Assembly: GCA_043228905.1 (NCBI GenBank)
Contig: JBHGNT010000009.1
Location: 22,258,001 to 22,322,000, forward strand
DNA length: 64,000 nt
Reading direction: 5' to 3'
DNA from: Azolla caroliniana
Taxonomy: Eukaryota; Plantae; Polypodiophyta
Positions within the stretch are counted from its first letter, which is position 1. The number at the start of each line of letters is the position of its first letter. A model generated the notes under the pieces. It saw nothing but the letters and a program-made list of their open reading frames with translations, was not told the DNA's origin and made no database searches. Shown one piece after another: positions 1 through 11,904 of this stretch. The translations under genes and the position numbers were made by a program.

Positions 1-1159
1 TTCATCAGGTACAGTGTGTTTACCTTCCGGGCCCGAGCCACAATCGCGCTCCCTTTGCTAAACTTCATGACACCATTCCAGATGCTACCCGTGTAGCCTT
101 CATCATCTAGCCGACCGGCTGATATCAGGTTCAGACGAACCTCCGGAACGTGTCGGACATCCTTCAGCAGCAACTTGCATCCGGTTGGTGTTGTCAGCCA
201 CACGTCTCCTATACCGACAATTCGGCATGTTCCTTCATTCCCCATCCGGACACAGCCGTGGTCACCGGCTGAGTAGGATGCGAAGCATTTCCGGTCCGGG
301 GTAAGGTGGAACGACGCTCCGGAGTCTACCACCCAGGTCATCTCGTCGCCGGCAAGGTTTATCTCACTCTCCTCGGTGATGAGCATCAACTCCTCTTCAG
401 TTGCCGCGATTGCCGTCGTTCCCTTCCGGTCCGCCCCCCTCCGGTCTTTACCGTTTCGGTCTTTACCGTTTCGGTCCGGGGTTTGCTTCGAATCGGTACC
501 GTCGGTTTATTTGTCTTTACGGAAATGCCGACAGTTCTTTTGGAAGTGTCCCGGCTTGCCGCAATAGAAGCAAGTAGGCCTCCCCCTTGACTTTGACCGT
601 GTCCCCGACTTCTCCCGGTTCTGGGGACTACGGTTTCTATGTCTTCCGCGTTCTGATTCGGTAAGAAGCGCTTTGGAGTCGGAGCTCGTATCTTTGTCTT
701 TCCGACGCGCCTCCTCATCTAGCAAGCTCGACTTTACTCTTGCTAGGGATAACCGTTTTCCTTCCGGCCCGGCGTTGCCCAAAGTGACAACCAACGTCTC
801 CCAGCTATCCGGGAGGGAACCGAGCAGGAGTAGCGCTAGTACCTCATCTGCAAGAGGTACTTCCAACGACGTTGCCTGGTGTATCAGCCCCTGGAAGGCA
901 TTCATATGCTCCGCCATGCTGGAGCCATGTTGGTACCGGAGTCTTACTAGCTTCCGGAATACCGAAACCTGGTTAACAACATTTTTGTTTTAGAACATTA
1001 TGCCGATCTTCTCCCAGAGCTCATGAGCCTTGCTCTCTTCATTGAAGTTGTTGTACAGGCTCATGTCGATGAAGCACCGTATGTACGCCGTTGTCTTCAG
1101 CTGCATCACCTCCCATATCGCGGCGTCGATTTTGTCCGGTCTCTTGTCCCCGAACTGAA

Positions 1160-1520
1160 CCAGCAGCCAGAGGTCTTTAACAACGAGCATGTCCCTCATC
1201 TTCGACTTCCATACTGAATAGTTGGAGCCGGTGAGCTTGAACATGCCGCCAAATGATTCGTCCATTTTCTGTGTCGATTTCGCTCTGATACCACTTGACG
1301 GGAACCTAACGTTCCTTATGCGCAATGCTCGGCCACAACCGGCAACCAGAGGTCTTTAACAACGAGCATGTCCCTCATCTTCGACTTCCATACTGAATAG
1401 TTGGAGCCGGTGAGCTTGAACATGCCACCAAATGATTCATCCATTTTCTGTGTCGATTTCGCTCTGATACCACTTGACGGGAACCTAACGTTCCTTATGC
1501 GCAATGCTCGGCCACAACCG
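1160..1520. repeat. 179-bp tandem duplication covering the LTR end, PBS and gag start
   Basis: AGGTCTTTAA at 1171 and 1350, PBS at 1282 and 1461, LTR end at 1296 and 1475, all offset by 179. Confidence 0.93.
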
Positions 1521-2278
1521 AGATTCTTTTCATACACAAAAAAAAACGGGAAATACAACACGATACAAAGGAGAGAGGAAGATACACACACACTACAGAG
1601 GAGGTTAACGTGGAAAACCCCAAACTGGAGGAAAAACCACGGCAGCCCACAGGCTGCAAACTGTCACTATGTAGGAATGTACAGAAAACAGTGAGTTCAC
1701 TGAGGCACCGACCTCGTGCTCACTAATCTTCGCCACAGGCGGCGGTTACAACAGAGGCAACGACCTCGTCTCTCACTCTCTCTCTATACAGTTACGCACT
1801 CTCTCTTCTTCTTGCACCAACAAGGAAGAATAACGACCACCAGCTAAAAGTTTGCCCTAAGTCATATTTATACTAATATGACTTTTCGGCTATTTACAAA
1901 TATAGCCACAATGGGCTCTCAGAAACATATTTACGAATATGTCTCTTCCTCCGGTTCATACCGGGTCTGCACCATCCGGCTCTTCGTAACCAGGTACTCC
2001 TCATCTGGTTCACACCGGGCCTGCACCATCCGACACTCCGTAGCCGGGTACTACTCATCCGGTTCGCACCGGGCCTGCACCATCCGGCTCTCCGTAGCCG
2101 GGTACTACTCATCCGGTTCGCACCGGGCCTGCACCATTTGGCTCTCCGTAGCCGGGTACTACTCATCCGGTTCGCACTGGGCTTGCACCATCCGGCTCTC
2201 CGTAGCCAGGTACTACTCATCCGGTTCACCCCAGGCCTGCACCATCCGTTCCCATCCGGAGGGACCTATCTCCCAACA
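1475..2278 (-). repeat. 5' LTR of copia family A (804 bp) containing about 5.5 copies of a 54-bp tandem repeat (1951-2250)
   Basis: TGACGGGAAC...TCTCCCAACA ends, 2 nt from the PBS; homologous to 8387-9128, 14884-15595, 16949-17634 and 21045-21683. Confidence 0.93.
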
Positions 2279-5179
2279 AGTCCTTCGCGGCTTCCGAAAA
2301 GGTTTCCGGCTCCCGTATTGTTGCTACCTTCATCATAAAGGCGTAATGGTACGCCATATAATCGTTGTAGCCGAATCGGCTTACGGGGTTCTTTTCACGG
2401 GTGGATCGACGGAGTTTTTCATTTGCAGAGATGAGGGCTTTCTTAGCTCCGATTGGTACCTCGAAACCGCCGAACTCACTGTCGAGTGAGTGAGTCGATT
2501 CATCGTCGTCAAAGCGATCGTCTTCATATTTCGCCATTTTCGCCTTGCCTTTGTCCATCTTTGGGCTAGGCCGTGATGTGCTTTGATCGCTCAAAGGCTC
2601 TTGTGGTCCGCTCAGTCGGGTCGTGATCGGACTTTCTTCGAACATGCGCGTAAGGTGATCTTCATCCTCTATCTCTTGTTCAGTGGATTCCGAGTTGAGC
2701 GGGGTCGGAGTGGAAGTTGTCTCTGGTGCGTACCAGGATGCGGACTCGTCAAAGACAACGTCTCGACTTACCCGAGATTTTCGAGTTGAGGGGTTGTAGC
2801 ACTTGTACCCCTTTTGCTCCAGTGCGTATCCTACGAGGATACATTTCTCTGACTTCGGGTTGAGCTTTTGACGCTTCTTGTCGGGGATATGCACGTACGC
2901 AATGGAGCCGAATATCCGAACATGTGATAGGTTCGGCTTCTTTCCGAAGAATCTTTCGTGCGGAGTGACCTCGTGCACGCCGGATGTTGTGCACCGGTTC
3001 ATTAGGTAGACGACCGTATTTGCCGCTTCGGCCCAATATGACTTGGGCATATGCTTCTCGTTCATCATGGCCTGCGCTACTTCGAGGATGTGCCGATTTT
3101 TGCGCTCGGCTACTCCGTTTTGTTGCGGAGTGTGTCGGCAAGTAAATTCTTGCCGAATTCCTTCCTTTCGGAGATACGTTGTGAAATTGTCCGAGAAGTA
3201 CTCCTTGCCGCCATCCGATCGAAGGCATCGTACATGTCGGTTCGTGGCTTTCTCGACTTCATTCTTGAAATTTTGGAAGTGTCCGAACACTTCGCTCTTT
3301 TGCCGCATCGAGTAGATCCAAGTGTGCCTAGAAAAGTCGTCGATGAAGAGCACGTAATATCGGCATCCGTCGAATGTCGCCGTTTGAGCCGGACCCCATA
3401 CATCGGAATGAATTACGTCGAGTACACCTTTGCTTACCTCTTTCGCCGAACGGAACGTTCCCGATGTGTCGAATCGGGTGCGTAGTGTCATCTCCGGTTT
3501 CAACATAACCGGGTCGCTCCAGCTCTCAAAGTTTGAGAAACCATTCTTTGTGGGATGTCATATGGTTTGAGGCTCCGGAGTCAACAAACCATACGTCCTC
3601 CGGATTGAGGGCACTAGTCGAGGTAGAGGCCGACATAGAGTTTGCTTTATGTTTCATCATGAACATTCCACCACGGTTGGAGTTGCGTGCATACATTCCG
3701 CCACGATCTTCGTAGTTGGAGGTGTTCCCGTACATTCCGCTATACTCTTCGTAGTCGGAATTGTGTGCATAATTCGTGAGTTGTCGGCTTGTGGAAGCCG
3801 ATTCACGCATCTTCTTTCGGCACTCTTCTTCGTGGTGGCCGAGCTTTCCGCAATATCCGCATTCAGTTGCGTTTTGACGGCTCGGTCCAGAGTGGAAGCT
3901 CCCCCTTCTTGCGAAGGTTCCTCGTTGGCCTCCATTTTGCGACCGAAATTGAGAGTTGTTGTCGTAGGTCGGACCTCGTCCGCCTTGTCCTTGGCCGAAT
4001 CGGCCTCTCGCTCGTCTGCGTCCTCTTCCTCCATTAGAGTGCGTGTAGAGCATGTGGCCTTCCGACTCATTGCTCCTTGTACACACGTGGTTTTCTTTGA
4101 CCAATAGCATTGATTGGAGCTTGAAGAAGGAGGGAGATTTCTCCCGTGCTAGAACGGCGGTTCGCATCGCGCCGATCCGTGGTGCGAGGCCGCCGAGGCA
4201 TATTTGCACCATCTCATCATCATCTATACTTACGCTTATTGAGCCGAGCGAGTCGCAAAGCTCCTTGATCTTCAAGGTGTATGTCGTGATGGACATATCC
4301 GTTTGTTGGATGTTGTTCAACTCTTGGCGGAGTTGAAGCTTCCTCGCAGTCGTGTTGGCGGCAAAAATCTTTCGTAGATTTTCCCACGCTTCCTTCGGCG
4401 TCTTGGCTTCTCGAATGTAACCGAGCATGTGGTCGTGAACACATGTCGCCAAGCAATACATCACGCGGCTTGCGGCTTGCGGCTTGCTCCCATGTCGCGT
4501 ATCCGGGAGCCGCTTCGGCAGGTCGGTCTTCATGCGCTCCTTTGATGTAGCTCCAATAGCCTTGTCCGACAAGGTATTGGTGCATCTTGTACTCCCAAGA
4601 TGTGAATTTGTTTCGATCCAACTTCTCGGTAGGGAGAGCGCTTCCCATTTGAGTATTCATTATGTCGATTCTTCTTCTTCTTCTTCTCTCTTCGAATGCG
4701 AGCTATGTGGCAAAGCTACGATAGCGATGAGCCGGTTCTTGGTCGTCGGCGTGGAGCACAACACACGATCACGATGAGGCGAATGGGTTAGATCGAACTA
4801 CCAAATCGCTCTGATACCATGTAAAGAATCAAGAGATGGAATATTGTTAAGCGGAAGAGATGTGAGTTATGTGTGTGTGTAAGAGAGAGAGAGGGAGAGA
4901 GAGAGAGAGAGAACCACAAAGAATACGCAAGGTAAAAGTGTATTGATAAAGGAGAAAGACCCAACATTTTACAAGGTGGGAGGAGGGTGCTTTATGTAGT
5001 CACCCTCTCTCTTCATTAACTACAAGACTCATGGAGCATGGGGAATGTGAAAGCTCATAAGTTATGTGTCATAGAATATGATTCTATGACTCATACTAAA
5101 TGCTAGAATAGAAAGTGGTGACATAATGGTGACTCTTGACCGTTGGAGTGTCTCTTCACTCTCAAGGTGAGTTCACACA
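2279..5179 (-). mobile_element. Ty1/copia retrotransposon (family B), degenerate 5' part: LTR, gag, protease, integrase; interrupted at 2278 by family A
   Basis: PBS-Met 4808-4819 and LTR about 4820-5179; gag with CGYCGKLGHHEEEC, protease WFVDSGASNHM, integrase HSDVWGP/LRSDGGKEY/QNGVAERKNR; frameshift at a GCGGCTT repeat near 4466-4486 and a deletion between protease and integrase near 3450. Confidence 0.92.
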
Positions 5180-6439
5180 CTAGACCAAGTTGAGCTTGAT
5201 TGTCAACAATATATAAAGGGAGGAATACATTCCCGGCTTTGAGACGGACCAAGGTAGGTTACAGCAGTCGTCTGCTACCAAGCCGCCGGTCGGGGAGCTC
5301 ACGGGCTTGTCTCGTCGAGCGGGGTCTTGCGCAGGAGACGAGTTGAAGCAAACCCTAACGAACACGAAGGGGAGGGGGGAGAAGAAGAAGAAAAGAAGAA
5401 GGAGAGAATGAAACTAACCCTAAATCTAACGGTATACCCTCTAACGCAAAAATGGGCAACCCTTCTACAAGGGACCACCCCTTCCTTTTATAGAACAAGG
5501 AGAGGGATGCGTTACAATGTGGGATAAATCTCGATTTACATGGGATTCTTCGTCTTGACTTAACTCCTATTATTCACACAATTATACGAGGGTGAGTGCA
5601 CATGGTGCACCCCGCCGATGTAGCCAATATTTCCCGGTTTCTGCCTCTGGCCGAAATTCTTCACGACACCGGAGCGACTCTGGAAGTGTACCGACGGCTA
5701 CTGAACACGAGAGAGGAAGAGAGAGAGAGAGAGAGAGAGAGCACGTGTGCAACAACGACTCAACACACACCTCTTATGTACAGGAAACAAAGGGAAAGAA
5801 ACGCACCGACACCAATAGAGACACAAATATGCAGAAATATATTTATGATTACAAGAGTGAGTTACAACTCCGGCTCCAAGCCGGACTGAGGTAGGCTAGG
5901 TCACAACAGCAATCTGCCACCAAGTCGCCATCGGGGAGCTCTCAAGCTCGTCGCGCCGAGCGGGGTCTTGCATAGGAGACCGAGCAGAAGTAAACCCCCA
6001 TAGAACATACAAGCTCTTCACCGCGCTAAACCCTAAACAGACACGAAGGAGAAGAAGAAGAAGAAAGCTACCAAGATGAAACCCTAAAACGAAATAGGGT
6101 GAAGACCAAAGTACAAACCCTAAGGGAACAAGAATAAGATGAAGAGGAAGAACACTACCAAACCCTAGACCTAAGTGGTATACCCTCCTAACTCAAAATG
6201 GGCAACCCCTTTACAAAGGACGCTCCCTTCCTCTTATAGAACAAGGAGAGGGATGCGTAACAATGTGGGATAAATCCCTTATTACATGGGATCTTTTGTC
6301 CCGAATTAATTACTATCTGGCACCATGATGGCGCCCCTGTCATTTACACGATTTGTACAAGGGTGAGTGCACATTCCCCACCCCGCCAATTCCTCTGATA
6401 TTCCCCGGTTTCTCACCATGGCCTGGAATCTTCACGACA
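5180..6439 (-). mobile_element. Two related, apparently nested gypsy-type LTR fragments (5180-5668 and 5669-6439)
   Basis: Two diverged copies of one sequence, both ending CTTCACGACA (5668 and 6439), similar to the LTR termini at 10438, 27350 and 30212. Confidence 0.7.
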
Positions 6440-8241
6440 ACGGGTCGTCCGATCAGACCCGACCCTTTCCCTAGAGCCAACGATGACTTCGTACATCTCC
6501 ACAGAACTAACCGAAACCGTCTAGTCCTCACTGAGGCCTTCTACAAACACCTTCCGTAGTGCCCCCAAGGTGTCGTCAAAAGAGACCGCCTCCACGGCGC
6601 CGCTAATTTCTTCATCGTTCCTCCGCTCGCTTCCTTTCCTGGCCACTGATGCCGGTTATAGTACAACCTCTGTTATCATAGAACCAAAATTTCCTTCCTA
6701 TGGTACATGTGTGGGGTTTCTCCATGGTGTTCGGACTATCGCGGCCCCATGCCTTGATAGCCCTCTCTAAAAATCCACTCGACTATCACCGCTGAGGGTC
6801 TCACGATTACGCTCGTGGTTCGCTCACATGGTTAGGAATTGGACGGAGCGACGTCCGTCTTGGCTTTTGACGCGCGCGTACGCTGAACCGTTTTCAAGCA
6901 CTTTGGTCTCCATGCGCGCCGTCGTTATGTATGGTTCGCCGAGAATCACCGGGTGTGAGGACGTCTCCGGCACGAAGAAGTGTTGGTCAATCTCGACATC
7001 CCCAATCTTCACGCTTCTTCGTGCCGGAGACGTCCTCACACCCGGTGATTCTCGGTAGTTCCTCCGTGCAGTTCCTCCGTGTAGTTCCTCCGTAGCGCGT
7101 GTCATCGCGCGTATTTTCCAGCCATGCTTGGTGTTGATGGGCCACTTCCCCTTATTGTAGAAGTCCATGGACATTAGGTTGATCTCCGAACCGTGGTCTA
7201 TCAACGCCACCACCGGCTCCTGGATGTCGCCGATTCGAACTGGGGTCTCTGTCATGGCCCTGGCCCAGTGGAACTTCGAATAATGGCTTTCCGCCAACTC
7301 GTCCTCTAGGGTCCTATCTTCCAGGTGCATCGTCCGCACCTCCACGGGCTTCTCCGGTTCCAGCTCCGTCAAGAGCCGCTTCCGCTTCACCAAGTCCACG
7401 ATAGAATCATGGAACTCCTTCTTTGCGATCCCAAGCACTTCCCATAGCGATAGCTCAACCTTGTTGTCGAGAATCCGCTCCCCTAGGGCCTTTAGTAGGT
7501 TCGTGGTTCTTTCAATCTCAGTGCTCAGCCGGTAACCAGTTGGCTTGGGTTTGTCCGGCACGCTGGGATTGCCGGCATCGTTCTTCTTTGGGTTGAACCG
7601 GGTCTCGTATCGTTGTGAGGGTCTGACCCCTCCGCCCTTTCCCGCACGCTTGTCCTCTACCAGAACCTCGTAGTTCTGGCACGCCGCCTCCACAAATCCG
7701 GTCTTCTCCTCGACCAGGTCAGACCATCCAGTGACCTCCCGGACCCGCTGCTCTACGCGGTCCGCTTCCTCCTTCCTCAGCCTTACACCAGAGAGACCTT
7801 CTAGCACCAGTGGTCAGAAACCAGAGTCTTTTGCTTTCCGGCCTTCATCGCCCCCAACCGGGATTCCCGCCGATGCTGAGTAGTGGACTATCTCTGCATG
7901 TTGTGTTGCGGCTTCTTCCATCAATCGCCTCATCCCCCCGCGCCCAATATTGAACTCCAGGGCCTTCCGAGTATCGCTGGCATGCACCCGCCCATTCCAC
8001 AGGTACACCACATTGGCCCCGAGCGCCTCTGCGAAATCCACGCATTCCGGCCAGATGTGACCAACCGCGTCACACCACATGCACCACTGCCCTGCCGGAG
8101 GTCGCCAGTCCTGCAGTTGCTCCCTGATGTCTCTCCGGGCCTGCGCGATCTGGAGAGTGCGCACCATCTGTGTCAATTCTTCCAGAGCCGCTCCTCTAGA
8201 CGGGCCCTTGGGCACGTCGATCGAGGGCAAGCCAATCCCGG

Positions 8242-9135
8242 TGTTACGGACATGACCATTTAATATCCCGTGGTGAGAATTTACCGTAGTATTCTTTACA
8301 CTCTCGTTTAACCCTCACACTTATCCACGTGTATAGAATACTACGGTAAATTCTCACCACGGGATATTAAATGGTCATGCCCGTAATGTTGGGAAACAGG
8401 TCCCTCCGGATGGGAAGGTAGAAGAGCATGAACCGGATGAGGAGTACCCGGCTACGGAGAGCCGGATGGTGCAGGCCCGGTATGAACCGGATGAGGAGTA
8501 CCCGACTGCGGAGAGTCGGATGGTGTAGGCCCGGTATGAACCGGATGAGGAGTACCCGACTGCGGAGAGTCGGATGGTGTAGGCCCGGTATGAACCGGAT
8601 GAGGAGTACCCGACTGCGGAGAGTCTGATGGTGTAGGCCTGGTATGAACCGGATGAGGAGTACCCGACTGCGGAGAGCCGGATGGAGCCCATCGAGGCTA
8701 CATTTGTAAATAGCCGAAAAGTCATATTAGTATAAATATGACTTAGGGCAAACTTCTTTCTGTGTGTCGTCATTCTTGTTGTTATTCTTTCTTGTTGGTG
8801 CAAGAAGAAATCAGAGCGCGTAACTGTACAGAGAGAGAGAGAGAGAGACGAGGTCGTTGCCTTTGTTGTAACCGCCGCCTGTGGCGAAGATCTGAGAGCA
8901 CGAGGTCGTTGCCTCAGTGATCTCACTGTTGTATATTTCTACATAGCGACAGTTTGCAGCTTGTGGGCTGCCGTGGTTTTTCCCCTATTTTTTTTGGGTT
9001 TTCCACGTATACCTCCTGTCTACCATTTCTCCTCTTTTGTGTCGCGTTTCATTACCTATTTTTCTGTGTATGTAAAGAATCTCGGTTGTGGCCGAGCGTC
9101 GGACATAAGGAACGTTAAGTTCTCAACACGTAACA
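8242..9135. mobile_element. 147-bp hairpin (MITE-like) element with 60-bp TIRs, TG..CA ends and 5-bp TSD CCCGG; split by a solo LTR
   Basis: Left arm 8242-8301; right arm 8329-8386 plus 9134-9135 (58/60 complementary); CCCGG at 8237-8241 and 9136-9140. Confidence 0.88.
8387..9128 (+). mobile_element. Solo LTR of copia family A (742 bp), TSD CGTAA
   Basis: TGTTGGGAAA...CTCAACA; CGTAA at 8382-8386 and 9129-9133; about five 54-bp repeats. Confidence 0.93.
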
Positions 9136-10438
9136 CCCGGGTTACCTCCTTCCATGCCAGCGAAAGTTCGTCGAACTTCCTTGCCAGGACAGGTCCTACC
9201 GGCAACAAATCCTCGCCGCCCCACTCGCACCGTTTGTCGAAACGGGCGCAAACTCATTTCACCATGGCCCAATCGGTTGTCAGCCCATCGTCTGTCTCCA
9301 GTAGGAGACCCACTTGCTCCTGATCCCGCGCATCCACTGTTTCAACGAACAGTAGGACACGGCTCGTGTCTAGTACTGTCTTGTTCAGCGGCAAGAGCCG
9401 CGCAAAGCGTTCCTCAAACTCCCGGAGAAGCGCCGACGCATTCCTCCCTTTTCCGAGAGTCTCCACCCACTCCATGAAATCCTGCTTTGATAGCCGAAGC
9501 AAGTCATCAAGCCCGTATTTCTCGAGGATCCGACCTTCAAACTCTCCCCAGGTCCAGCATCCAACTTGTACCTCAAGCACCTCTGCGTGAATGCCTGGCA
9601 TCGGCACCCGAGGGAAACTGGCCAACCACCTATCTTTCGGAATGTCCCTCATCACCATTTCGGCCCGGTAGGCCTCCAAATAACTCGTGGCGTTCTTTCC
9701 ATTGAACCGGCCTATCGTGCCTACAATCGCTTCGATGACACTGTCGAGGGCGCCTGTGCCCTCACGAGCACTTACTATCCGATCAACCGCTGCCACCATG
9801 GCTTCGGTGAGCTCCGATCCCCTCATCTTCAACTCCTCTGCTGCCTTGTTTCACGTCGGGTTCACCAAATTAATGTCGTGTTGTTACACTCTCGTGTGTG
9901 AAATAAGGCGGGATCGCGGGGGCCCTAAACCGAGGAGCGTGAGAGAGAAGAGGGAGAGAGGTTTGCAGAAACACAGAAAGACAGAAACGAAAGAATCAAT
10001 TCCAATAACAATATAGATTACAAAGCTTGCAATGTTACAACCGGCAAGCTGGTGACAGACGAACACACGCACTGAAATACGCAGTGGAGCCTACCAGAAG
10101 CACGCAGGCTTTCACGCAGCAGAGGCAACCAACCTAACCCAAAATCCCTACAGGAGCAACAACGATAGTCCGACAACACGTCGTCCTCTCAAAAATGCGC
10201 AATCCCTGTATCAGTCTTCTCCCCTCCCTTTTATAGGCCGTCGGGGAAGACCATTACACCCTCGGTTACATACATTTATCCTCTGTCCCGTTGGACAGAG
10301 ATACGCTTGGATTTCCTAGACAATTAATGTGTACTACCTAGTATATTTACAACTTAATAAATAGTGCGGCCACACGTAAGGGTCGGTTCCTGCGTCTTTT
10401 CCCCATGTTTCCTCCTATGGCCGGTTTTCTCCAAGACA

Positions 10439-10996
10439 ACGTGTTCCAATGTGCTAGAGTGTGACATGGCACAAACTCAACAGTTTTTTAGGAGATATCG
10501 AAGTTGGTGGCATGCTTATCGGTCTGGCACATTTGGACTAGGTGTTGTACGTTTGTTTTTCAGCAGCGAAAGCTCCCAAGCAGTGAGGTGTTGCTAAACA
10601 TATTGTTCGAGCTGGTATCTTGGTTGTGCGGATGATACGACTCGATTCAAGGGGACTTAAATGAAGCAGAAAGGGCTCAGTCAAAGTTTCTGTTGAAATG
10701 GGGAGAACCATGGTCAAATCATCGCCATGGCCTAAATGGAACTACCAAGCACCTAGATGGTTGCTTCCACCAATGGCTTCCATTAGTTGGCAGGAGATGT
10801 AAATATGTATAGTTGCGGTACAAGTAAGTTACCATGTAAAAAGAGTCGGTGGGATACTTTTGTTGTAAATGAGGGGGTGGGGATTATGATTAGTTTTGTG
10901 GGGAGAAGTGTGAGCTTTGCTAAATATGGCTGAACTTTGATGTACTTTGTTTGCTAACTAATGTGAAGTAGTGTTTTTTTGGTAAAAAAGAAGAAG
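10439..10996 (+). mobile_element. L1-like LINE 3' end with A-rich tail
   Basis: Clear nucleotide similarity to 56360-56905 (TTATCGGTCTGGCACATTTGGAC, TTTGTTTGCTAACTAATG) ending in an A-rich tail. Confidence 0.8.
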
Positions 10997-11012
10997 AAGT
11001 GTGGATGAATGT

Positions 11013-11200
11013 TTTAAGTGTTCTAAGGTTTTCAACATAGATATGCATGAGTATATTTGTATGTTGGAAGGTGTGAGGGGTATTTAGGAAAATTAGTCTT
11101 GTACACTTCCCTTAGGTTGTGGGGGTATATATAGTTTTATTTTATTCATTTAAGTCTAAATGGGAAAAGAAGTAAGAGGAAAAGTAGAAGGGAGGAAATG

Positions 11201-11249
<49 letters not shown>

Positions 11250-11406
11250 AAAAAGAGAAGGTTAGAGTAGGTGAAGGTTCAAGGAGGATCTTCATCCAGT
11301 CTCGTACCATCTCTTTCCTTCTCTTAGGATATACTATGGAGCGGGCTTGAAGCTTTCGTGATGAACTTCGTGTCATTAGCCGGAATGTCCTAGCTCTCCA
11401 AGGCAC
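11013..11406 (+). repeat. LTR-like segment with TATA-like motif and (AG)n microsatellite (about 11203-11247)
   Basis: TATATATAG near 11126, AG tract, ends GGCACA followed by a possible degenerate PBS (AGTATCAG). Confidence 0.4.
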
Positions 11407-11904
11407 AAGTATCAGGTTCTAATAATGTGGCATCCTTATTTCAAGTCTTGTTCTTTTTGTCATGTTTTTATCTGTATGTTATTTCTTCCAGGATATGAAC
11501 TTTGTCTTTTTCGACTTCTTCTTCCTGCATAGTCATGAGCGTAGTGTCTTGTTTTTTAACTTCTTCAAGTACTACCTCTTCACATGGGTGGGAAAGTAAA
11601 TTTGCATTTAGATGTGAAGTTTCAGAGATGAAATTTGTCTCATCATCCAAATTGCATCTAATCTTCTCATTCTCTTCCATCATCTTCAATTCAACTCGAA
11701 GGTACAAAGCTTCAGGGATCCACAACCGTACATCATCTAGATCGCCCCTTTTAATTTCCTTTGTCTCTTTACATAAACACAAATATGCTTCATTGCATCA
11801 GATCTCTTTACATAAACACAAATATGCTTTCCAATCACAAACAAATTCTCCTACACGCATAATGTGAGTTTTCAAGGGTGGCTCCATGAATGAGAATAAA
11901 TAGC

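Larger units (their letters stand above)
1..2278 (-). mobile_element. Ty1/copia LTR retrotransposon (family A, copy 1), 5' part: LTR, PBS, gag, protease; continues off the left edge
   Basis: gag pieces (ORFs 990-1325 and 507-917, zinc knuckle CFYCGKPGHFQKNC), protease WVVDSGAS near 310-335, tRNA-Met PBS (GCTCTGATACCA on + at 1282-1293 and 1461-1472), LTR 1475-2278 with TG..CA ends; nearly identical to 19765-21683. Confidence 0.95.
6440..10438 (-). mobile_element. Ty3/gypsy retrotransposon with tRNA-Trp PBS, degenerate 5' part (LTR, gag, protease)
   Basis: LTR 9874-10438; PBS TTCACGTCGGGTTCACCA (9850-9867) matches the plant tRNA-Trp 3' end as I recall it; gag 9254-9832, zinc knuckle CMWCDAVGHIWPEC, protease ALIDHGSEINLM in 6824-7807. 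Confidence 0.88.

Noticed and set aside
1951-2250. CRISPR-like array or hammerhead ribozyme in the LTR repeats
   Set aside because: No unique spacers, eukaryotic context, and no CUGANGA/GAAA core.
1878-2489. ORFs with 18-aa repeats (also 8375-8926, 17369-17803, 21426-21915)
   Set aside because: They are translations of the 54-bp LTR minisatellite, open in several frames; not genes.
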